DNA from: Candidatus Saccharimonadota bacterium | GTDB lineage: Bacteria; Patescibacteriota; Saccharimonadia; Saccharimonadales; SLHW01 | Direction: 5' to 3' | Assembly: GCA_050486305.1 (NCBI GenBank) | Contig: JBJHDA010000001.1 | Location: 243,071 to 307,070 of the forward strand | DNA length: 64,000 bases | Shown here: positions 55,925-64,000 of the stretch, piece by piece | Layout of the letters: every line of letters begins with the position of its first letter | Numbering within the stretch: the first letter of the stretch is position 1 | The notes under the pieces: generated by a model | What the model saw: only the letters and a program-made list of their open reading frames with translations | Told to the model about the DNA's origin: nothing | The model's database searches: none | Program-made: the position numbers and the translations under genes

Positions 55925-57577
55925 ATGAATGAGCTAAAAGCAAAACTCGAAAATATTATTAAAGGCAATGTGGTAAACGATGAGGCATCGCTTGATTTTT
56001 ATAGTCATGATGCAAGTATGCTGGAGCTTCGCCCTCAGGTTGTTGCCCAGCCGAAGGATAGTAAGGACGTACAAGAGCTCGTTAAGTTTGTCTCCAGGGA
56101 AAAATTAAAACACCCAGACCTATCACTGACGGTTCGCAGCGGTGGTACGTGTATGTCTGGCGGCTCTATTAACGACTCTATCATCATGGATTTTTCGAAA
56201 TATTTTACTGCTATCGGTGAAGTTACAAGCAGATCGGCTAGTGTTCAGCCCGGGGTGTACTACCGAGACTTCGAGCCGGCTACTCTGGAAAAAGGTGCAA
56301 TTATGCCAAGCTACCCGGCATCTCGTGATCTATGTACAGTCGGTGGCATGGTTGCTAATAATGCAGGTGGCGAAAAATCATTACAGCACGGGAAAACCGA
56401 GCAGTTTATACAAGAACTAAAGGTAGTTTTTGCTGATGGAAATGAGTACACGGTTCGACCACTCACAAAAGATGAGCTAGATAAAAAGATGGCACAAGAT
56501 GATTTCGAGGGTCATATATACAAGCAGCTGTATGAGCTTCTAGAAGCAAACTATGACACCATTAAGGCAGCACAACCGAAAGTAAGCAAGGACTCTACCG
56601 GCTACCATCTCTGGCGTGTATGGGATAGAGAAACCGGCATTTTTGACCTCACGCAAGTAATCGTGGGGTCTCAGGGTACACTCGGCTTTGTTACTGATAT
56701 TACGTTTCGGCTCGTCCCTGCTCCGAAGCATTCTGGTACGCTCGTTGTCTTTCTTAGAAAGATGGATGATCTCGGAGAAATCATCAATGATGTGCTTCGA
56801 CATAAACCAGCGACGTTCGAGGGGTTCGATAACCATACATTAATGCTGAGCTTTAAGTTATTTATTTATTTCCGAAAAAACCTCGGCTGGCTCGGTATGA
56901 TGAAGCTTGGCCTGCAGTTGCTCCCGGACGCGTTAAAGCTCCTGCGCGGGATACCAAAGATGGTGCTACTCGTTGAATTTAACGGCGAAACACCCGAAGA
57001 AGTCGCCAAAAAGGTGCACAACTTACGAGAGGAACTTCGTCCTTATGGGCACGACGCCCTGTTTGAAGAAGATGAAACCGAGGCAAAGGCTAGAAAGTTT
57101 TGGATTATGCGCCGTGAGAGCTTTAATTTGCTGCGCAAAAAAGTAAAAGACAAGCATACTGCCCCGTTTATAGATGACCTCGTGGTACCACCGGAGCACT
57201 TACCAAAATTTCTGCCAGAAGTGAGGGAGATACTAAACCGGTACAAGTTTCTTGCAACAATAGCCGGGCATATGGGAGATGGGAACTTTCATATTATCCC
57301 GCTTATGGAAATCGAAAAACAGGAAGAGCGGGATAAGCTCGAACCAGCCATGAAAGAAGTAAACAATCTTGTGCTTTCATACGGAGGCTCATTATCGGGC
57401 GAACATAACGACGGCATGATACGCGGCCCATGGTTAGAGACGATGTACGGGAAAGAGGTCTTCGGGTTATTTAAAGAAGTAAAGCACATATTCGACCCAC
57501 AGAATATGTTTAACCCACATAAGAAAACAGACGCAGATTGGGATTACACGTTCGGTAATATTCGGGAAAGTTTTTAA
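55925..57577 (+). CDS. FAD-linked oxidase (GlcD / D-lactate dehydrogenase-like)
   Basis: FAD-binding PCMH pattern 'LTVRSGGTCMSGG' and 'VGGMVANNAGG'. The C-terminal 'GSLSGEHNDGMIR' is typical of the family. Confidence 0.9.
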   Translation: MNELKAKLENIIKGNVVNDEASLDFYSHDASMLELRPQVVAQPKDSKDVQELVKFVSREKLKHPDLSLTVRSGGTCMSGGSINDSIIMDFSKYFTAIGEVTSRSASVQPGVYYRDFEPATLEKGAIMPSYPASRDLCTVGGMVANNAGGEKSLQHGKTEQFIQELKVVFADGNEYTVRPLTKDELDKKMAQDDFEGHIYKQLYELLEANYDTIKAAQPKVSKDSTGYHLWRVWDRETGIFDLTQVIVGSQGTLGFVTDITFRLVPAPKHSGTLVVFLRKMDDLGEIINDVLRHKPATFEGFDNHTLMLSFKLFIYFRKNLGWLGMMKLGLQLLPDALKLLRGIPKMVLLVEFNGETPEEVAKKVHNLREELRPYGHDALFEEDETEAKARKFWIMRRESFNLLRKKVKDKHTAPFIDDLVVPPEHLPKFLPEVREILNRYKFLATIAGHMGDGNFHIIPLMEIEKQEERDKLEPAMKEVNNLVLSYGGSLSGEHNDGMIRGPWLETMYGKEVFGLFKEVKHIFDPQNMFNPHKKTDADWDYTFGNIRESF

Positions 57578-57646
57578 TGTAATGCGACGCATGATAAACT
57601 AAACCATAAGCGTACAATATTGTAAAAAGAGTATACGAATAAAAAT

Positions 57647-60172
57647 ATGAAACCGTTTTACAGCCAAACGACAGATGAATCGTTGCGTCAACTTAATGTG
57701 AGTAAAGCCGGCTTATCCTCAGAAGAAGCCGGTCAGCGGCTAAAAAAGTACGGGCCGAACACCCTTAAAGTAAAGGGCGAACCGTTGTGGCGTAAGCTCA
57801 TCGAACCGTTTCGAAGTATTTTTATGCTAATCCTGTTTCTTGCTGCTGGTATTAGCTATATTACCGGCGAAAATCTCGATGCAGGCATCATACTTGTCAT
57901 TATCTCCATAACCGCAGTAATTTATTACATACAGCGTTTTTCTACTGAACGGGTACTGAAATCACTAAAAAAATATGAAGCTGCCGATGTTGAAGTATGG
58001 CGTGACGGGAAGTCGCAACAAGTCGGAACGGAGCTGCTAGTTCCCGGTGATATTATCCGGCTGTACGAAGGCCAGAAAGTCCCTGCTGACGCTCGGGTTA
58101 TCGAAGCTGATAATGTCCGTTGTGATGAAGCGCTTCTGACCGGTGAGTCAGCGCCAGTAAGCAAGCACGCCGATGCGCTTGACGGCGAAAAAGCGATCTA
58201 TGAGCAAAACAACATTGTTTTCTCTGGTTCGTTTTTAGTATCGGGAGAAATCACTGCACTTGTTGTCGGTACTGGAAACGATACTGAGTTTGGCAAGATC
58301 GCAGTACTATCAAGCAACCGTGAAACAAGCTCCCCTGTCCAACAAAAAATCGACAAGCTCATCGAGCAGATTGTTGGCGTCGTCGCAATATTGGCTGCGG
58401 CACTCATGATTCTTAGTATCTATAGAGGCATCGACTTATCTGAGGCGTTCCATTTCGTGATTGCACTATCTGTTTCAGTAATCCCTGAAGGACTGCCGGT
58501 TGCTATATCTGTGGTGCTTGTATTTGGCATGCGGCGTATGGCTCGCCGTAAAGCACTCGTACGAAACATGCCGGCGATAGAAAATATCGGACTCATCACT
58601 ACTATCGCCAGCGACAAGACGGGTACACTCACGAAAAACCAACTCGAGGTAGAAAGTGTCTGGCGTGTGGATGGCGAAAACAAACCTGACGAAACAGCGT
58701 CATATCTGACACTTAGCTCTAACCAGAAAGAAGGCGTGTCGCATGATCCGCTTGACACCGCGTTCACACTGTACGCTCAAAAACACTCCCCTGATATTTC
58801 AGGGTACAAGCATGTTCTCTCTTTACCGTTTGACCAAGTGCTCGCAATGAGCGGCAATGTCTGGAAAAAAGGTAAAGAGTATGCCGTATATATAAAGGGC
58901 TCGCCGGAAAAACTTTTACAGAACGCGTCTTTATCAAACGAGCAAAAGAAAAATGCCGAAGCGCAGCTACATGAGCTTACGACGCAAGGGCTTCGTGTTA
59001 TCGCTCTCGGCCGAGTTAATGGTAAACAGGTCAAAGAATTGGCCGAGCTCGAAAAGGAAAAGATTGAGTTCCTCGCCCTACTCGCCGTTGCCGATGAGCT
59101 TCGGCCGGAGGCAAAAGCGTCAATAAAAGCTGCCCAATCTGCCGGAGTGACCGTACGGATGATTACTGGCGATCATTTTGAAACTGCCTATAGTATCGGA
59201 AAGCAGCTTGGACTGTGCGAGAGCCGAGACCAGGTATTTGATAGCCGTAGAATAAAAGATATGACGGACGCTGAGTTATCTGAAACGGTTGCAAATGCAC
59301 GAGTGTTTTCTCGTGTGATTCCGGAGCATAAGCACCGGATCCTCACCGTTTTAAAAGAGCACGACATTACCGCGATGACGGGTGATGGCGTTAATGACGT
59401 TCCGGCATTATCGAATGCTCATATCGGTTTGGCTATGGGTAGTGGCTCGCAGATTGCTCAGGACGCTGGCGATATCATCTTGCTTGATAATAATTTCAAG
59501 AGCATCATTACTGCCCTAGAAGAAGGACGGAAAATATTCGACAATATCCGCCGGATGTTGTTCTTACTCCTTACTACAAGTGCCGGCGAGGCACTTACAT
59601 TTTTAAGCGCGCTGTTGCTTGGCATGCCGCCCCCTGTGCTTGCCGTACAAATTCTGTGGATTAATCTCGTGACTGATACTGCAATGGTGATTCCGCTTGG
59701 GTTGGAGCCGGCCGAGAGCGATATAATGAAGCGAAAGCCGCGAAAACCAAATAAGCCGATTCTCGGCAAAGTAGTATTAAGCCGTATGATTCTTATCGCA
59801 ATAGTTATGGCAGCCGTAACGCTTGGTCTTTTTGCGTACTTTAACCAGGCTTATGACGAAGCATATGCACGTACCATCGCTTTTAGTGCTTTAGTAGTGA
59901 TGCAGTGGGCAGATGCATTCAACGCCCGAAGCTTGTGGCAATCAATATTCATTCGAATTAAGACGATGAATAAGGCATTTTATGTCGGGCTGAGCATTGC
60001 TGTGACCGTTCACATGTTAACGCTGTTCGGGCCGTTCCAAGGCCTCTTGTCTCTTGAGGTTATCTCTGTTGAGCACTTCATTGTTACGACGCTTATTGCA
60101 GTGACGCCTGTGATAGTGGCAGGAGAAATCCACAAACTATTTATCAAGAGGCTGGATCCTGATTTTCGTTAG
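57647..60172 (+). CDS. cation-translocating P-type ATPase (type II, Ca2+-ATPase-like), copy 1
   Basis: 'TGES', 'PEGLPVAISV', 'ASDKTGTLT', 'MITGDH' and 'TGDGVNDVPAL' motifs. 841 aa. Confidence 0.95.
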   Translation: MKPFYSQTTDESLRQLNVSKAGLSSEEAGQRLKKYGPNTLKVKGEPLWRKLIEPFRSIFMLILFLAAGISYITGENLDAGIILVIISITAVIYYIQRFSTERVLKSLKKYEAADVEVWRDGKSQQVGTELLVPGDIIRLYEGQKVPADARVIEADNVRCDEALLTGESAPVSKHADALDGEKAIYEQNNIVFSGSFLVSGEITALVVGTGNDTEFGKIAVLSSNRETSSPVQQKIDKLIEQIVGVVAILAAALMILSIYRGIDLSEAFHFVIALSVSVIPEGLPVAISVVLVFGMRRMARRKALVRNMPAIENIGLITTIASDKTGTLTKNQLEVESVWRVDGENKPDETASYLTLSSNQKEGVSHDPLDTAFTLYAQKHSPDISGYKHVLSLPFDQVLAMSGNVWKKGKEYAVYIKGSPEKLLQNASLSNEQKKNAEAQLHELTTQGLRVIALGRVNGKQVKELAELEKEKIEFLALLAVADELRPEAKASIKAAQSAGVTVRMITGDHFETAYSIGKQLGLCESRDQVFDSRRIKDMTDAELSETVANARVFSRVIPEHKHRILTVLKEHDITAMTGDGVNDVPALSNAHIGLAMGSGSQIAQDAGDIILLDNNFKSIITALEEGRKIFDNIRRMLFLLLTTSAGEALTFLSALLLGMPPPVLAVQILWINLVTDTAMVIPLGLEPAESDIMKRKPRKPNKPILGKVVLSRMILIAIVMAAVTLGLFAYFNQAYDEAYARTIAFSALVVMQWADAFNARSLWQSIFIRIKTMNKAFYVGLSIAVTVHMLTLFGPFQGLLSLEVISVEHFIVTTLIAVTPVIVAGEIHKLFIKRLDPDFR

Positions 60173-60271
60173 TGCACGGATAGATTTCGAGGCCGGCTTT
60201 TCAGATTGGCTATCCGGTGCTACACTAGCCATAAGCGAAAAACGTGTTAAAAAGAGAATTCTAATAAAAAT

Positions 60272-62797
60272 ATGAAACCGTTTTATAACCAAACGACTGA
60301 TGAGGCCTTGCAATCACTCAAGTCCAGGGCTGCGGGCTTAAACTCAGAAGAAGTCAAGCAAAAATTAGCTGAATACGGCCCGAACAAACTAAAGATAAAG
60401 GGTGAACCGCTCTGGAAGAAGCTCATAGAGCCATATAAGAGCGTTTTTATGCTGATACTGTTCATAGCGGCCGGCATCAGCTACATGACCGGTGAAACAC
60501 TGGACGCGGTTATTATCTTGGTGATTATCGGTATCACTGCGATGATTTACTACATTCAGCGTTTTTCGACTGAGCGGGTTCTAAAGTCATTAAAAAAGTA
60601 TGAAGCTGCCGATGTAGAGGTCTGGCGGGATGGTAAATCAGAACAGATATCAACAGAAAAACTAGTGCCCGGCGATGTTATTCGCCTATATGAAGGCCAG
60701 AAGGTCCCAGCAGACGCCAGAATTTTAGATGCCGATAATGTGCGCTGTGATGAGGCCTTGTTAACCGGTGAGTCAAAGCCCGTTAGCAAGCACCCGGATG
60801 CTCTTGAAGGTGAAAAGGCAGTCTACGAGCAGCACAACTTGGTTTTCCAAGGGTCATTTTTAGTATCTGGAGAAGCAACCGCGCTCGTAATCGGCACTGG
60901 TAACAATACCGAGTTTGGTAAAATCGCCGTATTATCCAGCGACCGTGAAACAAGCTCGCCGGTGCAACAAAAAATCGATAAACTCATTGAAAAGATCGTT
61001 GCTGTTGTAGCTGTGCTTGCCGCAGTTCTTCTTGTTGTAGCTCGTTTCCGAGGCATGGAGATGGCCGAGGCATTTCATTTCGTTATTGCGTTGTCGGTTT
61101 CTGTTATTCCAGAGGGATTACCTGTTGCGATATCGGTAGTGCTTGTATTTGGCATGCGGCGTATGGCCCGCCGCAAAGCGCTGGTTCGCAATATGGCTGC
61201 GATAGAGAACATAGGCTTAGTTACAACTATCGCTAGTGATAAGACAGGTACACTAACCAAGAACTTGCTTGAAGTCTCCAGTGTCTGGCGACTCAACGGC
61301 GAGGAAAATTCAGAAGAGACTGCCCGTCAGCTAACCTTGAGCGCCAACCAGAAAGAAGGCGTGTCGCATGATCCGCTTGATACCGCGTTTACCATATATG
61401 CAAAAGCTCACAAGTTCGACGTGTCGGGCTACGAACATGCCCAGGGGCTGCCGTTTGATCAGGTTATTGCAATGAGCGGTAATGTCTGGAAAAAGAGCGG
61501 CAAACACGTTATTTACGTCAAAGGTTCCCCAGAAAAAATCCTAGAAAACACTACATTATCGCCAGAAGAGAAAAAGAAGGCCGAAGATCAGCTACATGAG
61601 CTTACAACACAAGGGCTTCGAGTTATCGCGCTTGGCCGGATAAAAGATAAAACGGCAAAAGAGCTGAAAGAAATTGAGCACGAGAAAATCGAATTCCTGG
61701 CACTACTTGCAGTTGCTGATGAGCTCCGGCCAGAGGCGAAGTCATCAATAAAAGCAGCACACTCTGCTGGGGTAACCGTCCGTATGATTACCGGTGATCA
61801 TGTTGAAACAGCCTATAGTATTGGCAGGCAGCTTGGGTTATGTGAGACTCGGGATCAGGTATTTGACAGCCGCAAGATGAAGGACATGTCCGATGAAGAG
61901 ATATCAGAAACTGTGACAAATGCCAGAGTTTTCGCTCGAGTTATACCAGAACACAAACATAAAATTCTGTCAGTCCTTAAAGAGCGTGACATTACTGCCA
62001 TGACAGGCGATGGTGTCAACGACGTCCCTGCCCTGACGAATGCCCATATTGGCTTAGCGATGGGAAGCGGTTCGCAAATCGCACAGGATGCAGGTGATAT
62101 TATTTTGCTGGACAACAACTTCAAGAGCATCATCGCAGCGCTAGAAGAGGGCCGGAAGATATTCGACAACATCCGACGGATGCTTTTTTTCCTTTTGACA
62201 ACGAGCACCGGTGAAGCATTAACGTTCCTCAGTGCCCTGCTGCTCGGCATGCCACTGCCTGTACTGCCAGTGCACATACTTTGGATAAATCTGGTAACAG
62301 ACACTGCTATGGTGATTCCGCTTGGTTTGGAGCCGGGTGAGAGCGACATCATGAAGCGCAAACCGCGCAGCCCGAAGCGCCCGATTCTTGGATTTTCAGT
62401 TATAAGTACGATGGTAACGGTAGGCGCAGTGATGGCTATCGTCACTCTAAGTATGTTTGCCTACTTTAGCGATTTTCGAAGCGAAGAATATGCCCGTACG
62501 GTCGCATTTAGCGCATTAGTCGTTATGCAGTGGGCACACGCCTTCAATGGCCGGAGTTTATGGCAATCAGCATTTATTAGGGCGAAGACGATGAGTAAAC
62601 CGTTTTATGTAGGCCTCGGTATCGCCTTCTTTGTACATATGCTGACTGTTTTTGGGCCGTTCCAGGGAATACTTCAGCTTCGGCCGATAAGCGTTGTCCA
62701 CTTTGTCGTCACTACAATTATCGCAGTTATTGCGGTGATTTTGGCCGGCGAACTCAATAAGTTCATCTTGAGAAAATTCTCTGCCGACTTTCGTTAA
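60272..62797 (+). CDS. cation-translocating P-type ATPase (type II, Ca2+-ATPase-like), copy 2
   Basis: Same motifs and same length (841 aa). Colinear with copy 1 at an offset of 2625 nt. Confidence 0.95.
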   Translation: MKPFYNQTTDEALQSLKSRAAGLNSEEVKQKLAEYGPNKLKIKGEPLWKKLIEPYKSVFMLILFIAAGISYMTGETLDAVIILVIIGITAMIYYIQRFSTERVLKSLKKYEAADVEVWRDGKSEQISTEKLVPGDVIRLYEGQKVPADARILDADNVRCDEALLTGESKPVSKHPDALEGEKAVYEQHNLVFQGSFLVSGEATALVIGTGNNTEFGKIAVLSSDRETSSPVQQKIDKLIEKIVAVVAVLAAVLLVVARFRGMEMAEAFHFVIALSVSVIPEGLPVAISVVLVFGMRRMARRKALVRNMAAIENIGLVTTIASDKTGTLTKNLLEVSSVWRLNGEENSEETARQLTLSANQKEGVSHDPLDTAFTIYAKAHKFDVSGYEHAQGLPFDQVIAMSGNVWKKSGKHVIYVKGSPEKILENTTLSPEEKKKAEDQLHELTTQGLRVIALGRIKDKTAKELKEIEHEKIEFLALLAVADELRPEAKSSIKAAHSAGVTVRMITGDHVETAYSIGRQLGLCETRDQVFDSRKMKDMSDEEISETVTNARVFARVIPEHKHKILSVLKERDITAMTGDGVNDVPALTNAHIGLAMGSGSQIAQDAGDIILLDNNFKSIIAALEEGRKIFDNIRRMLFFLLTTSTGEALTFLSALLLGMPLPVLPVHILWINLVTDTAMVIPLGLEPGESDIMKRKPRSPKRPILGFSVISTMVTVGAVMAIVTLSMFAYFSDFRSEEYARTVAFSALVVMQWAHAFNGRSLWQSAFIRAKTMSKPFYVGLGIAFFVHMLTVFGPFQGILQLRPISVVHFVVTTIIAVIAVILAGELNKFILRKFSADFR

Positions 62798-62832
62798 AGA
62801 TTCTTTTATATTCGCGTACAATAATAGAGGCA

Positions 62833-63501
62833 ATGAGAGGTAGCTTCATGTCCAGTGTGCTGATTCGGTACGTAGCGATAATGGTGTTCGTTATTGTTGC
62901 TTTACTTGTGGCACTGGTTTTCTCGCATATGACGGTTCGGTCGTATGACTCATACATAATTGATGACACGGCCGAAATATCCGAGAAGCTTTCAGAAAAT
63001 AGCCGCGTGGCGATTGTGTTTGGCAGCGCTGTTGACGACATTGCAAAAGAGCCTCGTGCAGTAGTGCGACAGCGCCTCGACGCAGCTTATCAGCTGTACG
63101 TTGATGGCTACATTGACTCTATCGTGCTGTCTGGCTACGAGGACACAGAGGGAAATGACTACAACGAGCCGAATGTCATGGATATCTATTTACAGCGACG
63201 CGGCGTGAATCCCACGGATATAATTATCGATGCTCATGGCGACAATTCCCTGCTGACATGCAGGAACGCCAAACACGCACTAGAAATTGATGAAGCAATA
63301 CTGATATCGCAAGATACTCACCTTGCTCGAGCCCTTTATTTGTGTCGATCGATGGACATAGACGCCTACGGGTTCGCCGCCAAATCCGTCCCTTCCCGGC
63401 GATGGTTCTTTATACAGACCACGCGTGAAGCCTTAGGGAACGTCAAGGCGGTCTACGATATACAGGTCCGGTATAATATATGGCATGAGAATATCCGGTA
63501 A
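62833..63501 (+). CDS. SanA/YdcF (DUF218) family protein
   Basis: N-terminal TM helix. 'VAIVFGSAV...RLDAAYQLYVDGYIDSIVLSG' and 'IIIDAHGDNSLLTC' are typical of DUF218. Start is 62833 or 62848. Confidence 0.78.
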   Translation: MRGSFMSSVLIRYVAIMVFVIVALLVALVFSHMTVRSYDSYIIDDTAEISEKLSENSRVAIVFGSAVDDIAKEPRAVVRQRLDAAYQLYVDGYIDSIVLSGYEDTEGNDYNEPNVMDIYLQRRGVNPTDIIIDAHGDNSLLTCRNAKHALEIDEAILISQDTHLARALYLCRSMDIDAYGFAAKSVPSRRWFFIQTTREALGNVKAVYDIQVRYNIWHENIR

Positions 63502-64000
63502 ACGTCAGAAAATTCTGCTTGGTATTCTTGGGGTTTTGGTGTTGCTGCTTGGGTTTGGCTACTTCTTTCGTGATGATATTTACCGGCAATTTTTCCGCCC
63601 GACAGGCACTAACTTTGACGTTGGCGTACAGGCTCCGAGTTTTGATGTACCGCAAGAGGATGTTGCCATTGTGGCGGACGGATTGGATATTCCGTGGGAG
63701 ATTGCCTTTTTGCCGGATGGCGACATGCTGGTGACTGAGCGCCCCGGAACGCTTAAGCGGATAGGCGAAGGCCAGCAAACGTTCGATATTGAAGGTGTTA
63801 GGCATATCGGTGAGGGCGGTTTGCTTGGAATGGCGGTACATCCGGATTTTGAAGATAATAACTGGCTTTATTTGTACATGACGACAGAAACGGGTACGGG
63901 CTTGATTAATCGTATTGAGCGGTATGAATTAAATAATGACCAATTATCAAACGGTGAGGTGGTGTTTGACAACATTCCAGGCGCCCGCTTTCACGATGGC
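63485..64000 (+). CDS. PQQ-dependent (soluble glucose/sorbosone) dehydrogenase-like beta-propeller protein, 5' part only
   Basis: The frame is open from ATG 63485 to the window end. It has an N-terminal TM/signal helix, then 'LDIPWEIAFLPDGDMLVTERPGTLKRI', 'GEGGLLGMAVHPDF' and 'PGARFHDG'. Confidence 0.75.
   Translation, partial: MRISGKRQKILLGILGVLVLLLGFGYFFRDDIYRQFFRPTGTNFDVGVQAPSFDVPQEDVAIVADGLDIPWEIAFLPDGDMLVTERPGTLKRIGEGQQTFDIEGVRHIGEGGLLGMAVHPDFEDNNWLYLYMTTETGTGLINRIERYELNNDQLSNGEVVFDNIPGARFHDG

Larger units (their letters stand above)
57603..62797 (+). repeat. tandem duplication, 2 x ~2625 bp (gene plus ~45 bp of upstream leader)
   Basis: 'CCATAAGCG...TAAAAAGAG...AATAAAAATATGAAACCGTTTTA' precedes or starts both copies. 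The proteins align without indels. Confidence 0.9.

Noticed and set aside
61855-62445. 196-aa minus-strand ORF, with similar ones inside both P-type ATPase genes and inside the 988-aa gene (24981-25493)
   Set aside because: They are antisense to strongly supported genes, and their Ser/Arg/Ile-rich composition is typical of antisense frames.
63443-63841. 132-aa minus-strand ORF and 71-aa plus-strand ORF (63519-63734)
   Set aside because: A third frame, open from ATG 63485 to the window end, encodes a clear PQQ-dehydrogenase-like protein. The listed ORFs are overlapping artefacts.

Overview
The window has 64 kb of densely packed genes and uses the standard genetic code (TGA acts as a stop). 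It looks like a small-genome, monoderm-type bacterium. The mix of LAXTG sorting signal, sortase, LCP and Rpf/LysM genes, many lineage-specific ORFs and few biosynthetic genes suggests Saccharibacteria/Patescibacteria. That placement is inference only.

Contents in order:
- a complete F-type ATP synthase operon (0.8-8.1 kb) with two unknown ORFs wedged between the F1 genes
- a UvrD-like helicase-nuclease
- a 1.5k-aa repeat-built LAXTG surface protein with a translationally coupled partner
- tRNA-Gln(UUG), followed by an 18-nt copy of its own 3' end and a two-gene islet (Nudix plus a 988-aa adenylate-kinase-like fusion)
- a proline-repeat protein plus a sortase
- a four-gene minus-strand block of large envelope proteins: an M23 + lysozyme-like hydrolase, two unknowns and an HExxH zincin
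- a GGDEF cyclase, a DrrAB-like ABC exporter, a PAS histidine kinase with stand-alone receivers, TypA, and a LysM-Rpf muralytic protein
- housekeeping and membrane genes, including a tandemly duplicated 841-aa P-type ATPase

I recognised no rRNA, CRISPR array, transposase or integrase. All domain calls come from reading motifs in the supplied translations. No alignments or searches were run.
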